From the IMG/VR virus record IMGVR_UViG_3300014914_000004, positions 14,678-78,677 of that record: DNA of 64,000 nt. One strand, written 5' to 3'. The DNA is from a virus. Under the pieces are notes generated by a model. That model saw only the letters and a list, made by a program, of their open reading frames with translations, was not told the origin of the DNA and searched no databases. A program made the translations under genes and the position numbers. Shown here one piece after another: positions 8,731-18,780 of this stretch (position 1 is the first letter of the stretch; each line of letters begins with the position of its first letter).

Positions 8731-9087
8731 TCAGACGTTCTTCTTGAAGTGATCCCAGACCTCTGCGGTGATCTGGTCGAAGGCCTTTTTGCCTCCCTGC
8801 TCTTCTGGAAAGAAGTGTCTGTTGTTGCAGTTTTCCAGATAAACAGCTGCGATTACCTCTTCCGGGCTAAGCCCGTGGTCCCTGCTGTAGATTTTGAGGT
8901 AGGTATTCAGCGCTTCAGTGCAGCGCCCTACGCTCTTAAAGAAGTCTGTTCTGCGAGCCTTTTCCATGGCGGCGTCCACTTTTTCGGGATCCTGCTTGGA
9001 CCCTTCGTGCTTCACAGCCTCAGTTTTTACCCAGCCTCCCTCACCGTCAGGAAGGTCGATTGTTGTTGTAGCTGGTTTCTTTTCCAT
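8731..9087 (-). CDS. Hypothetical protein
   Basis: ORF with AAGGA SD, TAATG-coupled. Confidence 0.6.
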   Translation of the reverse strand: MEKKPATTTIDLPDGEGGWVKTEAVKHEGSKQDPEKVDAAMEKARRTDFFKSVGRCTEALNTYLKIYSRDHGLSPEEVIAAVYLENCNNRHFFPEEQGGKKAFDQITAEVWDHFKKNV

Positions 9088-9332
9088 TACTGATCCTTCC
9101 GATGTGCACAGTTAGGGACGATCTGGTCTGTGCGCACTATCTTCGCCTGTATCATTGCGTTGGGAGTATCTTTTATCTTTGCTCCGGGAGGGTACACGTG
9201 CTTCCCTACCCTGTTAGAAGGGAAGACAGTTAGCGCTAAACAGTACGCCTGTTTCAGCTGCTTCACTTTGCCTCCTCGCAGCCCTTTAACCAGGGGCCAG
9301 AAGTGTCCACATGTCTCACATGTCTTAACCAT
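9087..9332 (-). CDS. Small Cys-containing protein
   Basis: CETCGH plus two further Cys; coupled to neighbours. Confidence 0.6.
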   Translation of the reverse strand: MVKTCETCGHFWPLVKGLRGGKVKQLKQAYCLALTVFPSNRVGKHVYPPGAKIKDTPNAMIQAKIVRTDQIVPNCAHRKDQ

Positions 9333-9802
9333 TACTCTCTCCTGTAAATATGTACCTTGTGCTTTGTCAGTATCTCGGCAACAGGCAGTATAGACAAGAC
9401 GTGCCCGATGCGCCGAAAGACTGCAGTTTCAGTTTTATCATCTTTTCCGGTGTAGACACAAATGCTTCCGTTAGACCTCGCAAGGATCATCTCATCCTCT
9501 GCGGCGGAGATTTGGGAGTGTGCCTCTACAATTCGAATGCCGTTACGCTTAAGTGCCTGCTCGTGCTCACGGTTAACGGCGTAAAGCAACGAGACCAGAC
9601 GGTCGGCTGCTTCACTGATCATGGTTACTCCTGTGAGTACGAGGACGTAGGTATCTCCGTCCAGCGTAGCCTTTGGCTCTATCACGACACCTGACTCGGT
9701 ATCCGCGGAGTCAAAGGCTGACTGGAAATCAGGCTTCTTCTTTTTCTTTTTCTTCTTCTTAGATATGAAGGGGTTGAATACGCCTGTGGGGTCGCCCATC
9801 AT
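9332..9802 (-). CDS. Hypothetical protein with a poly-Lys tract
   Basis: SKKKKKKKKKP near the N-terminus; ATGA overlap. Confidence 0.6.
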   Translation of the reverse strand: MMGDPTGVFNPFISKKKKKKKKKPDFQSAFDSADTESGVVIEPKATLDGDTYVLVLTGVTMISEAADRLVSLLYAVNREHEQALKRNGIRIVEAHSQISAAEDEMILARSNGSICVYTGKDDKTETAVFRRIGHVLSILPVAEILTKHKVHIYRRE

Positions 9803-10047
9803 TCTACTCCGGTCTTCACGTCTCTAAGGTAAGGGTCGGTACACTCAATGTGTGCCACCTCGAACTCATCACGCATCATGTACGCCCCTACTGCCTGCAG
9901 GTTAGTAGGATGTCTCCCTACCCGCTCCACTATGTACACGAATTGCGTTCGGTGCCCAGGTTTTAGTTTCTTACGACAACGGACACAAGTGTCGGAGTAC
10001 GTGCGTGCACTCATCTCGTCTTTGGTTGCTGCGGTGTTATCTGCCAT
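9799..10047 (-). CDS. Small zinc-finger protein
   Basis: CVRC and HIEC. Confidence 0.6.
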   Translation of the reverse strand: MADNTAATKDEMSARTYSDTCVRCRKKLKPGHRTQFVYIVERVGRHPTNLQAVGAYMMRDEFEVAHIECTDPYLRDVKTGVE

Positions 10048-10468
10048 GAGGAGCCATCCATTCTGTTAAGGCGCGCTTGGCGGCAGTAAGGAGCCAGTGA
10101 GTCCGGACAGCCTCATGAGGGTATTTGAATGTGTATCCGGGATACTTAAGAGGTGTTAGCAGTTGTAGGGGAGCGTCTCCGTTCACGGGATTGAGTATCT
10201 TTTCCTTCATAAAGAGTTTCTCGGTTACCCGCATGAGTGCCGCATCTACTGCGGCTTCTATGTGGGTATTTTGCGTGAGAACCAGGGCAGGCAACTTGTC
10301 GCGCATGAAACTGCGGGACATAGCGTGGGTACTAAAGTGGGGCTTAACGTCGGTAGGCCAGCATACTGCTGAGACGATTACCGGGGAGTCTTCGTGTATT
10401 GCCAGCCCCACAGTGTACCGCATAACGCCAGAGTCTCCTTGTTTATGTCTGTAATCGTCTCTTAGCAA
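10037..10468 (-). CDS. Hypothetical protein
   Basis: ORF between the helicase and the Zn-finger gene; start uncertain. Confidence 0.5.
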   Translation of the reverse strand: MLRDDYRHKQGDSGVMRYTVGLAIHEDSPVIVSAVCWPTDVKPHFSTHAMSRSFMRDKLPALVLTQNTHIEAAVDAALMRVTEKLFMKEKILNPVNGDAPLQLLTPLKYPGYTFKYPHEAVRTHWLLTAAKRALTEWMAPHGR

Positions 10469-12572
10469 ATTTCTGCACTTGTGTAAAGTTATCGCGAATA
10501 CGGTTGAGGCCTAGGGCCTTTGTAATCTTAGCCCCGTAATTCTGACTTTTCGTTGCGTTTGCTAGGATGACTTTTGCGTCATTACCAGTAGCACTGCCTG
10601 TCCAGATACGAGGGTCCAGGATTGCTGCTATCCCGTAATCCTTTTGAGTTCGGATAAGACGTCCCACCCCCTGTTTAAGTGTAAATACCATCCTAGGGAA
10701 TGATACATGGTAGAATCCCGCTATATCACCAGGTGTAAGTTTAGTCAGGGTTTTTATGATAGGGTCATTTGCGTGAGGGAAAGGCAGCTTGGGTATGATT
10801 ACGAGCTGCAGCTTAGGGCCCTTTACGTCTACCCCCTCCCAGAAAGTTTTGAGTCCATACAGTATGCAGTTGTCTGTTTCCCTGTACTTCTGGAGAAGTG
10901 GAGTGGCATCTTCTTGATGAATGAGTGTAGTCAGCCCTGGTTGAGGGAAGTATCTTTCGCGATAGGCTGCTACTTCATCCATATCACTCCGCGCACTGAA
11001 CAATACAAAGGCGTTTCCTTTGGTGAGGTTTGTTAGACGCACAATTTCTTTTGTGATGGCTGCAATCCATTCCGTGCGTTTTTTTGGCGGGCTACCAAAG
11101 TTTGCGGGGGGAGGGATGTGCCGGGGGAGATATAGGAGCGCTTGTTCGTCGAGGTTGAAAGGGCTTTCATACGTTGCGGTAATTACATCACATTTGGATT
11201 TTTCACCCAAACCCACTTCGTTTCTTATGTGTGTAAAGTCGGAGTTTATTTGTAAGGTAGCGGAAGTGAACACCTTATTCGTGATACAGTTTAGCTGCGG
11301 GCCTACAATAGGACCCATTTTTACCGGAAGAATACTAAGAGCATCTCTCTCCGTATCTATCGTTAGTATCCAGTTATTGATGTATTCCTTTTTGAACTTA
11401 GCACAAAAACGTAAGAGGCTGTCGCATTTGCGCGAAGCTGCTGCTATAGCGCCCATATGTACCATGGCGTTATCCGCACTTACTGCGTAGTGCTCATTTA
11501 CTACACACCTTGTGTTTAGTTCTTTCGACACAAATACGAGCTTTTCTTGTAAGAACTGCGCGGAGCGTGCGATGTCTTGCGTATGTGTCTGATGCCTTGT
11601 AATGTCAGATGCGATACGTGTGACTTTATCGTAGGAGCCTTGAATACTATTGTACAGATCACGCACTTCACCTTCCAATTTTTCTATCGCAGGTATGATG
11701 AAACGTAGCATGGTGCGCCCCAAAGAGGCCTCAAAGACGTCAGACTTCAGGTTTGGATTCGAAAATAAAATAGCATTAAGTTTAGCTGCAAAACTTTTCG
11801 ATATTGTGTGTTCGTACGCTGAACGGAAAGCGTCAGAAGCTTTGTGCGCCTCATCTACTATGAGTGTGTCGTACTCCCCGAACAAATTTCCCGCCCCCAG
11901 CATTAAATCGATCCCCAGAAGGTGGTGATTCACTATCAGAATATCCGCAGACTGAGGGTCTAGGCGGCAACCTTGTGTGTAGTGTGGACACTTAATTCCT
12001 ATGCAGTTTTCCGCTGAGATCGAAGTCCACCAGGAGGGGACAGGGCCTTCCCAATCATCTCGGTCAGCAGGTGCGTTGGACCCGCGTGCGTTTCCGATCA
12101 GTTCGGAGTATTGCTCACGTTCTTCACTGGTAGCTTTCCTCGGAGTTAATTGCCAGCATGCATAGTTGCCGCGTCCTTTATACAGCATAGCTTTCTTGTC
12201 AAAGAGCCCGAGTTGTTGAAGTAGAAAAGCCAGATCTTTATCGTAGAGTTGGGATTGGAGTCCTTTGGTAGTAGTCGCAATTACAACCCTGCGGTTTGCA
12301 AGTAAGGGTGGAACTAAGTAGGCAAAACTTTTTCCAATCCCGGTTCCGCCTTCTGCGAAGAATGCTTGGCTAGTGAGCCCTGCACTTAGAAAGTCTTCTA
12401 TCTCTTCAGCGAGAGCCAGTTGGGAAGGTCGCGATTCCTGAGCTATATCAAACGCCCCATCCTTGAAGATGTCAAGACAGGTTATCTCGAAAGGGAGGCC
12501 GCACACGGTACAATTTTCTATCGGAGGATCAATATTGTAGGGAAACATAATCTTACATTTAGGGCAGTACAT
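10443..12572 (-). CDS. dinG: DinG/YoaA-family SF2 helicase with N-terminal Zn ribbon
   Basis: RPSQ Q-motif, EGGTGIGKS, KGRGNYAC, DEAH, SATL, FWEGVDVKG, KLPFP, QGVGRLIR. Confidence 0.9.
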   Translation of the reverse strand: MYCPKCKIMFPYNIDPPIENCTVCGLPFEITCLDIFKDGAFDIAQESRPSQLALAEEIEDFLSAGLTSQAFFAEGGTGIGKSFAYLVPPLLANRRVVIATTTKGLQSQLYDKDLAFLLQQLGLFDKKAMLYKGRGNYACWQLTPRKATSEEREQYSELIGNARGSNAPADRDDWEGPVPSWWTSISAENCIGIKCPHYTQGCRLDPQSADILIVNHHLLGIDLMLGAGNLFGEYDTLIVDEAHKASDAFRSAYEHTISKSFAAKLNAILFSNPNLKSDVFEASLGRTMLRFIIPAIEKLEGEVRDLYNSIQGSYDKVTRIASDITRHQTHTQDIARSAQFLQEKLVFVSKELNTRCVVNEHYAVSADNAMVHMGAIAAASRKCDSLLRFCAKFKKEYINNWILTIDTERDALSILPVKMGPIVGPQLNCITNKVFTSATLQINSDFTHIRNEVGLGEKSKCDVITATYESPFNLDEQALLYLPRHIPPPANFGSPPKKRTEWIAAITKEIVRLTNLTKGNAFVLFSARSDMDEVAAYRERYFPQPGLTTLIHQEDATPLLQKYRETDNCILYGLKTFWEGVDVKGPKLQLVIIPKLPFPHANDPIIKTLTKLTPGDIAGFYHVSFPRMVFTLKQGVGRLIRTQKDYGIAAILDPRIWTGSATGNDAKVILANATKSQNYGAKITKALGLNRIRDNFTQVQKFAKRRLQT

Positions 12573-12665
12573 GTTACGAGCCTCTTTCTTCTTTAGGGGT
12601 AGACTTCCTTATACCAATCTTTTCCGTTATAGTGGAGCGCATAACACACAGAAAAGGAGCGCACC

Positions 12666-13313
12666 ATGCCAGGGATTGACGAGAAAACGGGACAGCCGAT
12701 GATTGGGGATGACACTGACTTCGAAGGGCCGAAGGATAATAGTCCGAGAGGAAGCACTGTACCTCGTAAAGCTGCGAAGATTGAGCAGACATTGAACGAG
12801 ATGGATGAGTCCATACCTGACGTAGAGGCAGCCCTGCGTGAGTCCACCCCGGAGGAACAGGCGCGGGAATACCGCGATAACCTTAAAGAGGTAGGTGTGA
12901 CGCGCGAAGAAGCACTTAGTATCCAGGAGTCCGTAATGGTGGATGGGTACTACGAGGAGTCTTTTCTGGTAGGCAAGACTACAGTGGTACTGCGGAGCCG
13001 ACTCTACTTGGACACCCAACGAGTGTATCAGGCTTTGGAAGCCAGAGACCTCGCTCTTGCTGCAACCATACAGGACTTTGTCAGCAGGTATAACCTGGCA
13101 GCTTCTATTGTTAGTATCGGATCACGCAAATACCCCCATGTAGGAGATCCTCTCAACGCGCCTGAGTCGGAGTTTGACGAAGCTTTCGAGAAAAGATTAC
13201 ACATGATATCGCGTCTTCCAGAGTTTATGGCGTCTCGTCTAATGGAGTCGGTCTTCAAGTTTGACCGTAAGATGCGTGCGATCTTTGCGGAAGGTGCGCC
13301 CCAGGATTTTTAA
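12666..13313 (+). CDS. Tail assembly chaperone (G-like)
   Basis: AAGGAG SD; lies two genes before the tape measure; ends G GAT TTT TAA. Confidence 0.6.
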   Translation: MPGIDEKTGQPMIGDDTDFEGPKDNSPRGSTVPRKAAKIEQTLNEMDESIPDVEAALRESTPEEQAREYRDNLKEVGVTREEALSIQESVMVDGYYEESFLVGKTTVVLRSRLYLDTQRVYQALEARDLALAATIQDFVSRYNLAASIVSIGSRKYPHVGDPLNAPESEFDEAFEKRLHMISRLPEFMASRLMESVFKFDRKMRAIFAEGAPQDF

Positions 13314-13321
13314 ATTCGGCA

Positions 13322-13681
13322 ATGGGACACACGCGAGCGTATGCATATGTTCGCGGCTCACCGTTGCCGAAAGGCGGCTCATTTCAAGAACAGATGCTTT
13401 CGGAGACAATCCTTCGAGAGCGTAACGAGAAGTACACTCTTGTGTCCCTTTTTATTCGTCTGCTAGGACGCATGGCGGAGGTCAGACCTGATGACATAGA
13501 TCATTTGTTAGAAACATATAGGGAAGAGCTGTACCAGTTCAGGTATAATTCAGAGTATGTTACGTCACAACAAAAACGTAAACGTACAGATGCAGCCAAT
13601 GAACGGGTACTAGCGCGACAGTTTAAACGGCTTGATGATATGACTGTCACTGATGAGGACATACCGAATGAGGATGACTAA
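13322..13681 (+). CDS. Tail assembly chaperone extension (T-like), probably expressed by -1 frameshift
   Basis: In the -1 frame of the upstream gene, open through the TTTTT run, no SD. Confidence 0.55.
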   Translation: MGHTRAYAYVRGSPLPKGGSFQEQMLSETILRERNEKYTLVSLFIRLLGRMAEVRPDDIDHLLETYREELYQFRYNSEYVTSQQKRKRTDAANERVLARQFKRLDDMTVTDEDIPNEDD

Positions 13682-16600
13682 TGTCTAATGGTTACAACCC
13701 TATGCAGGCCAACCTGGGATTGATGTCAGGGCAGGGTAGCCGCGTAATGACTCCTTCTGATATAGCCACGTCGTTGTCGCAGCAGGCAAGTGCCCAACTT
13801 TCACAGGCAGAGTCTATGTCTCCTGTAGCACGTGGAGGAGGCTCCTCGTTTAATTTTGGACAACAGTTTCAGGCCCAGCTTGGGCAGATACAGCAGCAGC
13901 AGTCTCTGGGAGTATACCAGGCTGCGATGATGGCCGGAGCTATGCCGGGAGCCCAGGGGTACTCGGGAGGGATGGTGCCTTCCCCGCTTACAATGACGCC
14001 TCCGTCCACGGGAGCGTTTCGACCTCCTGCTCCTCCTCCTATGATGGCACCTATCTCGCCTACACCAATTATGCCTGTAGCCAGTACACCACTTACTCCT
14101 CGAGCTCCAAGCCCTATATTCCAGACTGCGTGGGATCAGGAAGTGCGGCAAAGAGAGGCGCGTGCAGACCAGTTGTTTGCATATCAGGCCCAGGCTCCCA
14201 GGGCTATTGGCCAAGGTGCGGGGTACGGTATTGGGGCGTTAGCGGGTGGAATGCTCGGGGCCAGGTTCGGAGGACTGGGAAAAATTGCAGGTGCAGCTAT
14301 CGGAGCTGGAGCAGCTCATTTTAGTGGAGCAGCTCAGGGGTTGGGAGATGTGTCGATGCTTCCGATGCAGTCTACTATTCAGGCGCATTCGATGGGTGCC
14401 GCTCTCCAACGCTCTTCTCAGGATTGGGTGGTAAGTGGCCCACAACTTCATCCGTTAGGAAGAGGGCTTAATCGAGGAGCGTCACAGCAGTTAGCGTCGG
14501 GAATACAGAGCATGGCTGAAGACTCTTCGTTCCAACAGTCTACTGGGGGAATGTTCAACCAGAAAGACCTGATGAAGATTACACAGCTTTCAGGGCAGGC
14601 TGGATTGATGGATATGGAGCAGAGTATCCCGGGAATACAGCAGAACCTGCGTAGAGTGAGTCAGGCGATAAGCAGTTTCATGGAGCTTACTAACCAGCCT
14701 GATGTTGTCACTGTAGTTAAACAGATGGGACAGCTACGGCAGTTAGGTTTTGGTGTGGATCAGATGGATGAAGCTGCACAGGGGATGCGTAGCTTCTCCA
14801 GAGCGGCAGGGACATCTATACAGGGTGCGATGCAGCAGTATGGAATGCCTGGAGCCATGACGTACCAGCAGGCAGGACTAATGGCCGGTCCAGGTATGCA
14901 GTATGGAATGTATTCAGGAGCTACAGCACGGCAAGGAGTGGCTGGAGGAGTATATAATACGCAACAGCTATCTATGCTTGGTGGCGTAGGTGGAATTGCT
15001 CAGCGTAATATGCAGGCACAGGCAGCGATGTTGTCCATGCCTCTTTTTGGGGCTGCAGCAGGACAGTATGGTGCCGGTGGCTGGGGAATGAATGCGAATA
15101 GTCTGGCTCAGATGGGAAGTTCCGGAAGTGGCGGAGCCCAGGGGATGGTGTTGAACGCTGTTCAGAATATGGGTAACGCTGTCCAGAGTGGTGGGGTAGG
15201 TGCAATGGCCATGTTTGGGCTGCAACAGCGCCAGGTTCAATCTCAGGCAGCTAACGCTATGACCCCGTACGAGCAGACAGTAATGCGTTTCAGGATGGCA
15301 CGGGAGACAGGACAAGGTTTAGGCCTGAAAGGTGCCGGCGCATTTGCAGTAGGAGCACAGTCTCTATTTGGGAAAGAAGTTGCTGAGCAGATGATGATAG
15401 AAGCTAGTGATCCCGATCACTGGAGACAACAGCGGGATATGATTTCCCGACGACAAGAGGATATTTCTCGCCAACAGCGTGATGAGATACGGGAAGCTGC
15501 TCCTGGAATGTTTGGGCAGATTGCGGGTGCTGTAACACCTAAAGACACTACTATGCGCAATGTTAAGGACGCTTGGTTACGTCCCTTCGGAAAGCTATCG
15601 CGCATAATAGGTGAAGGGATGGATGACTCTAGTGATTTTAAACGTAGGAATTCGGCGTGGGAGGAAGGGCGCCTCTATTCTCGTACGCCTACAGAGTTTA
15701 TTGCATCATCTAAGAGTGCGCGTAGGGCGCAGGAGCAGTGGGAAGCAGGCGCTACTGGGGAAATGTTGGGAGGAACAAAAGGTGTTGGGGGACTAGCACA
15801 GGCTGATCCGATACAGGCATACCACGATGTTATGTCTTACCAGGATCGTCGTGGGCCTGAGGGAAGTGCGCACGTAGCTGGAGGGATGAGTGCGAAAGAC
15901 ATAGATCAAGGGATAGAATTTGTGGGGACAGTGTTGGATTACGCTACTCCTGCAGGCTTGGCGTCAGCTGTCGGAGGATTTGATATGTCAGACATCTTGC
16001 GCCATACGTACGGTACAGGTTTGTCAGCGGCACACGGTAATCAGTATGTAAAAAAAGCGGGAGCCTTTGCGTCTGGGAGGACTTCCAAGACACGCCAGAT
16101 GTTTAAAGGTATGGGAGGAGCTTCTCGTACAGGAGAAGCTTCCGCTGGAATGTATTCCAATTTGGAGAAGGCCTTTGGGCTTGAAGCAGGTACCGGCTTC
16201 CAAACGGTATCGGGTGTGGGTGCGCGGATTGGAGTAGCAGCTCGAGAGGGAGATAGTGTTTTTGGGGATGCATTTTCGGATCGCATCGACCAGGGCACCG
16301 CTCGAAATGCTGCTATTCAGGAGATGGCCGGCAGGTCTGGGAAGTCGATAGAAGAAGCGACAAGGATATATGACTCGTTATCGGAGCAGGATAGAGCGGG
16401 GTTTGAGAGTTTAGGCGTAAAAAATGCGTTAGAGACCGGAAGTGCAGAGACTAAAGAAGCTATTTCTCGTGCGCAAGAGCTGTCTCTAGGGTCAGAAGCG
16501 CGGCGTCAATCAGGGTATACTCAGGCCGACATGAAGATGACTCAAATGAGGATGCGTAAGTTTGAGAGTGCACTTGGAATTCCTGAGGGAGAGCAGACCG

Positions 16601-17430
16601 AAAAATACCGAGAGTTTACGAAGCAGGGAACGGGCAGTGAACTGATGATGGCAGCGCTTGAGTCCGGAGCAAATCTGACCGGAGAACAGCGTGAAGTGTT
16701 TGAGAGGATGGCCAGACAGAAGTTCATGAAAGAGCGTGGATTTGAGTCTACAACATCCAAAGAGTTCCAGGTAGCATTCAACAAGGCACAGTCGGACGTG
16801 GGCAAAGGCTACATGGGAGGCAAAGAGGTTTTTGATTCTGATGCCAGAACACGACTGCGGACTATACTGGAATCAAAAGGTATGCAGGAAAATGCACAAC
16901 ATGGTGCAGCGGCGTTAGCGGGACATCAGGTGCTGCAGCGTGGTCAGATATCTCAGGCGCAGCAGGCGGCGGCAGTGAGTAAGGTAATTAACCCGTTGAT
17001 AGGGGGTACGGTTACAGGGGTGGATGATTTCGAGAGACTAGGCAAAGAAGACCTCTCTTCTCTTATCCGAGGAGGACATCGCGGGATAGTTGAGCAGGTA
17101 GCTGTCTTACAGGGACAAGGTAGTGCGGAGGAAAAAAGTGAAGCAAGGGCGAATATACAACGGATGCTCAGCTCTGCAGGTCAAGGGCTGGTAGAAGAGA
17201 CAGAAGAAACGACGATTAGGAAGGGCATGGGACGTGAGTACTCAGATCTGCAGCGCTCACATAAAGCAGTCGGCGGTATAGGCGCAGAACTTGGCGAAGA
17301 TTTCCGTCCTGCAGGGAAAGGCGTAGGAGCGTACTTTAACGAGGAAAGCACTAAGAACTTTAAGGAAGGTGCTGAAGCGCTAAACGAGGCTGCAAATGCG
17401 ATGCAGGCCGCAGCATTGAGGGTACCATAA
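13681..17430 (+). CDS. Tape measure protein
   Basis: 1249 aa, G/A/Q/M-rich and helical, glycine-zipper segment, follows the chaperone pair. Confidence 0.7.
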   Translation: MSNGYNPMQANLGLMSGQGSRVMTPSDIATSLSQQASAQLSQAESMSPVARGGGSSFNFGQQFQAQLGQIQQQQSLGVYQAAMMAGAMPGAQGYSGGMVPSPLTMTPPSTGAFRPPAPPPMMAPISPTPIMPVASTPLTPRAPSPIFQTAWDQEVRQREARADQLFAYQAQAPRAIGQGAGYGIGALAGGMLGARFGGLGKIAGAAIGAGAAHFSGAAQGLGDVSMLPMQSTIQAHSMGAALQRSSQDWVVSGPQLHPLGRGLNRGASQQLASGIQSMAEDSSFQQSTGGMFNQKDLMKITQLSGQAGLMDMEQSIPGIQQNLRRVSQAISSFMELTNQPDVVTVVKQMGQLRQLGFGVDQMDEAAQGMRSFSRAAGTSIQGAMQQYGMPGAMTYQQAGLMAGPGMQYGMYSGATARQGVAGGVYNTQQLSMLGGVGGIAQRNMQAQAAMLSMPLFGAAAGQYGAGGWGMNANSLAQMGSSGSGGAQGMVLNAVQNMGNAVQSGGVGAMAMFGLQQRQVQSQAANAMTPYEQTVMRFRMARETGQGLGLKGAGAFAVGAQSLFGKEVAEQMMIEASDPDHWRQQRDMISRRQEDISRQQRDEIREAAPGMFGQIAGAVTPKDTTMRNVKDAWLRPFGKLSRIIGEGMDDSSDFKRRNSAWEEGRLYSRTPTEFIASSKSARRAQEQWEAGATGEMLGGTKGVGGLAQADPIQAYHDVMSYQDRRGPEGSAHVAGGMSAKDIDQGIEFVGTVLDYATPAGLASAVGGFDMSDILRHTYGTGLSAAHGNQYVKKAGAFASGRTSKTRQMFKGMGGASRTGEASAGMYSNLEKAFGLEAGTGFQTVSGVGARIGVAAREGDSVFGDAFSDRIDQGTARNAAIQEMAGRSGKSIEEATRIYDSLSEQDRAGFESLGVKNALETGSAETKEAISRAQELSLGSEARRQSGYTQADMKMTQMRMRKFESALGIPEGEQTEKYREFTKQGTGSELMMAALESGANLTGEQREVFERMARQKFMKERGFESTTSKEFQVAFNKAQSDVGKGYMGGKEVFDSDARTRLRTILESKGMQENAQHGAAALAGHQVLQRGQISQAQQAAAVSKVINPLIGGTVTGVDDFERLGKEDLSSLIRGGHRGIVEQVAVLQGQGSAEEKSEARANIQRMLSSAGQGLVEETEETTIRKGMGREYSDLQRSHKAVGGIGAELGEDFRPAGKGVGAYFNEESTKNFKEGAEALNEAANAMQAAALRVP

Positions 17431-17663
17431 TGACAGTTACAACATTGACACGTACACCCCGCAAACACCAGATCCCACCTCGGGCTGAGGCATGGATTCG
17501 GTATATAAACGACTCTTTACTCCGTAATGTTTCTTTGGGAGAAGACGCCACTTCTGTTATTCTTCCTCCACTGGTAGAGAGAGCGTATATGCTTCTTAAC
17601 GAGACCACACCCCTGGACACTGAGCTGTACCCCGAAGGTACACCGTTCAGAAGGAGACAGTAG
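17430..17663 (+). CDS. Hypothetical protein (tail module)
   Basis: TAATG-coupled to the tape measure gene. Confidence 0.5.
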   Translation: MTVTTLTRTPRKHQIPPRAEAWIRYINDSLLRNVSLGEDATSVILPPLVERAYMLLNETTPLDTELYPEGTPFRRRQ

Positions 17664-18698
17664 ATGCCTAAAGCTTCACCTCCAATAGTACCGTTGGATT
17701 CGGGCATAATAGACAGGCTTCGAGCCATTAACAGTGGCGCTTCTGAGGAAGAGGCCAACGACATTTTAGCAGATGAACGCATAACGTGGGATGCAGCTAA
17801 GTTGTATTTGGACGGGTCTAACAAAAATTCAGGACGAGATCCGTATGCGCAGGGAGTGTTCGCTGGTTGGCCTGCGATGACCCCCAAGTATATGCGGCAC
17901 GTCCAGGGACGTAGTGCTGGGGCACAGACGACGATGGCGCGTATGTATGTGAAGGCGCGACTAGGTAAAGGGTCGAGTGCTGCGGCGAAAAAGTACAAAC
18001 GTTTCTCGGCTTTGCTTGATTCTTTTCCAGAGCCGGGCACCCAAGAGATCGCCTCTATTCTTATGGGTGACGGGTCAGAGGTTGGAGGGTTAGGTTATTT
18101 TGATTTTTTCTTACAACGTGTAGACCATCCTATTCATGAGAAATTTCAGGTAGTGGAGACTCTTTCGGATAACTATGTAGCGTTCTTCTTTGGGCAGCAG
18201 GCACCAGTGTTTAGCTATTCTGGTGTGGTGATGAATACCTACCAGGATGATTGGGCTATGCGCCTTTTACGAATGTTCAGGGACATTACCCGGGGATCAC
18301 AGTTAGCCCGGAGAGGACTGCTTTTCTATATTAAGTATGATTCTATGATTGTTTCCGGCGCTATGATGAATCTCCATTTTACGATAAACGCATCTACGGA
18401 GACAGCAGTACCTTTCTCATTCCAGCTGTTAGTCAAGAAAGTACATATTGTACAGGGAGGAATAGCACCTCCTACTATGGCACCGGAAGGCGACACTTTT
18501 ATTCCTGAGAACTATCAGCTTGTAGAGACTAAGTATACAAAGTTGACACCTAAGGTATCTAAGCCTTCAGGAGAGAATGTGACAGGAGGGACAGTCCAAA
18601 CGCCTGCTGCAGGGGGTGATTCAGGCGAAATTGAAGCTTACGTTTACGATGACAGTCCGACTTTCATGGATGGTGCGTACGCACCCTTTAGCGATTAA
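17664..18698 (+). CDS. Tail tube initiator or baseplate hub-associated protein
   Basis: Position after the tape measure; beta-rich tube-like C-terminal domain (EKFQVVET, FFGQQAPVFSYSG, VPFSFQLLV). Confidence 0.5.
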   Translation: MPKASPPIVPLDSGIIDRLRAINSGASEEEANDILADERITWDAAKLYLDGSNKNSGRDPYAQGVFAGWPAMTPKYMRHVQGRSAGAQTTMARMYVKARLGKGSSAAAKKYKRFSALLDSFPEPGTQEIASILMGDGSEVGGLGYFDFFLQRVDHPIHEKFQVVETLSDNYVAFFFGQQAPVFSYSGVVMNTYQDDWAMRLLRMFRDITRGSQLARRGLLFYIKYDSMIVSGAMMNLHFTINASTETAVPFSFQLLVKKVHIVQGGIAPPTMAPEGDTFIPENYQLVETKYTKLTPKVSKPSGENVTGGTVQTPAAGGDSGEIEAYVYDDSPTFMDGAYAPFSD

Positions 18699-18780
18699 AG
18701 ATACATATGGAAGGATTTATAAGTACGGACAACAAAAAAACATGCACTTTCTCGTATCATTGTGTGAGGAGTATACGTAG

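Noticed and set aside
12574-13019. Short - strand ORFs upstream of dinG
   Set aside because: They overlap the chaperone gene and the divergent promoter gap, and show no protein-like features.
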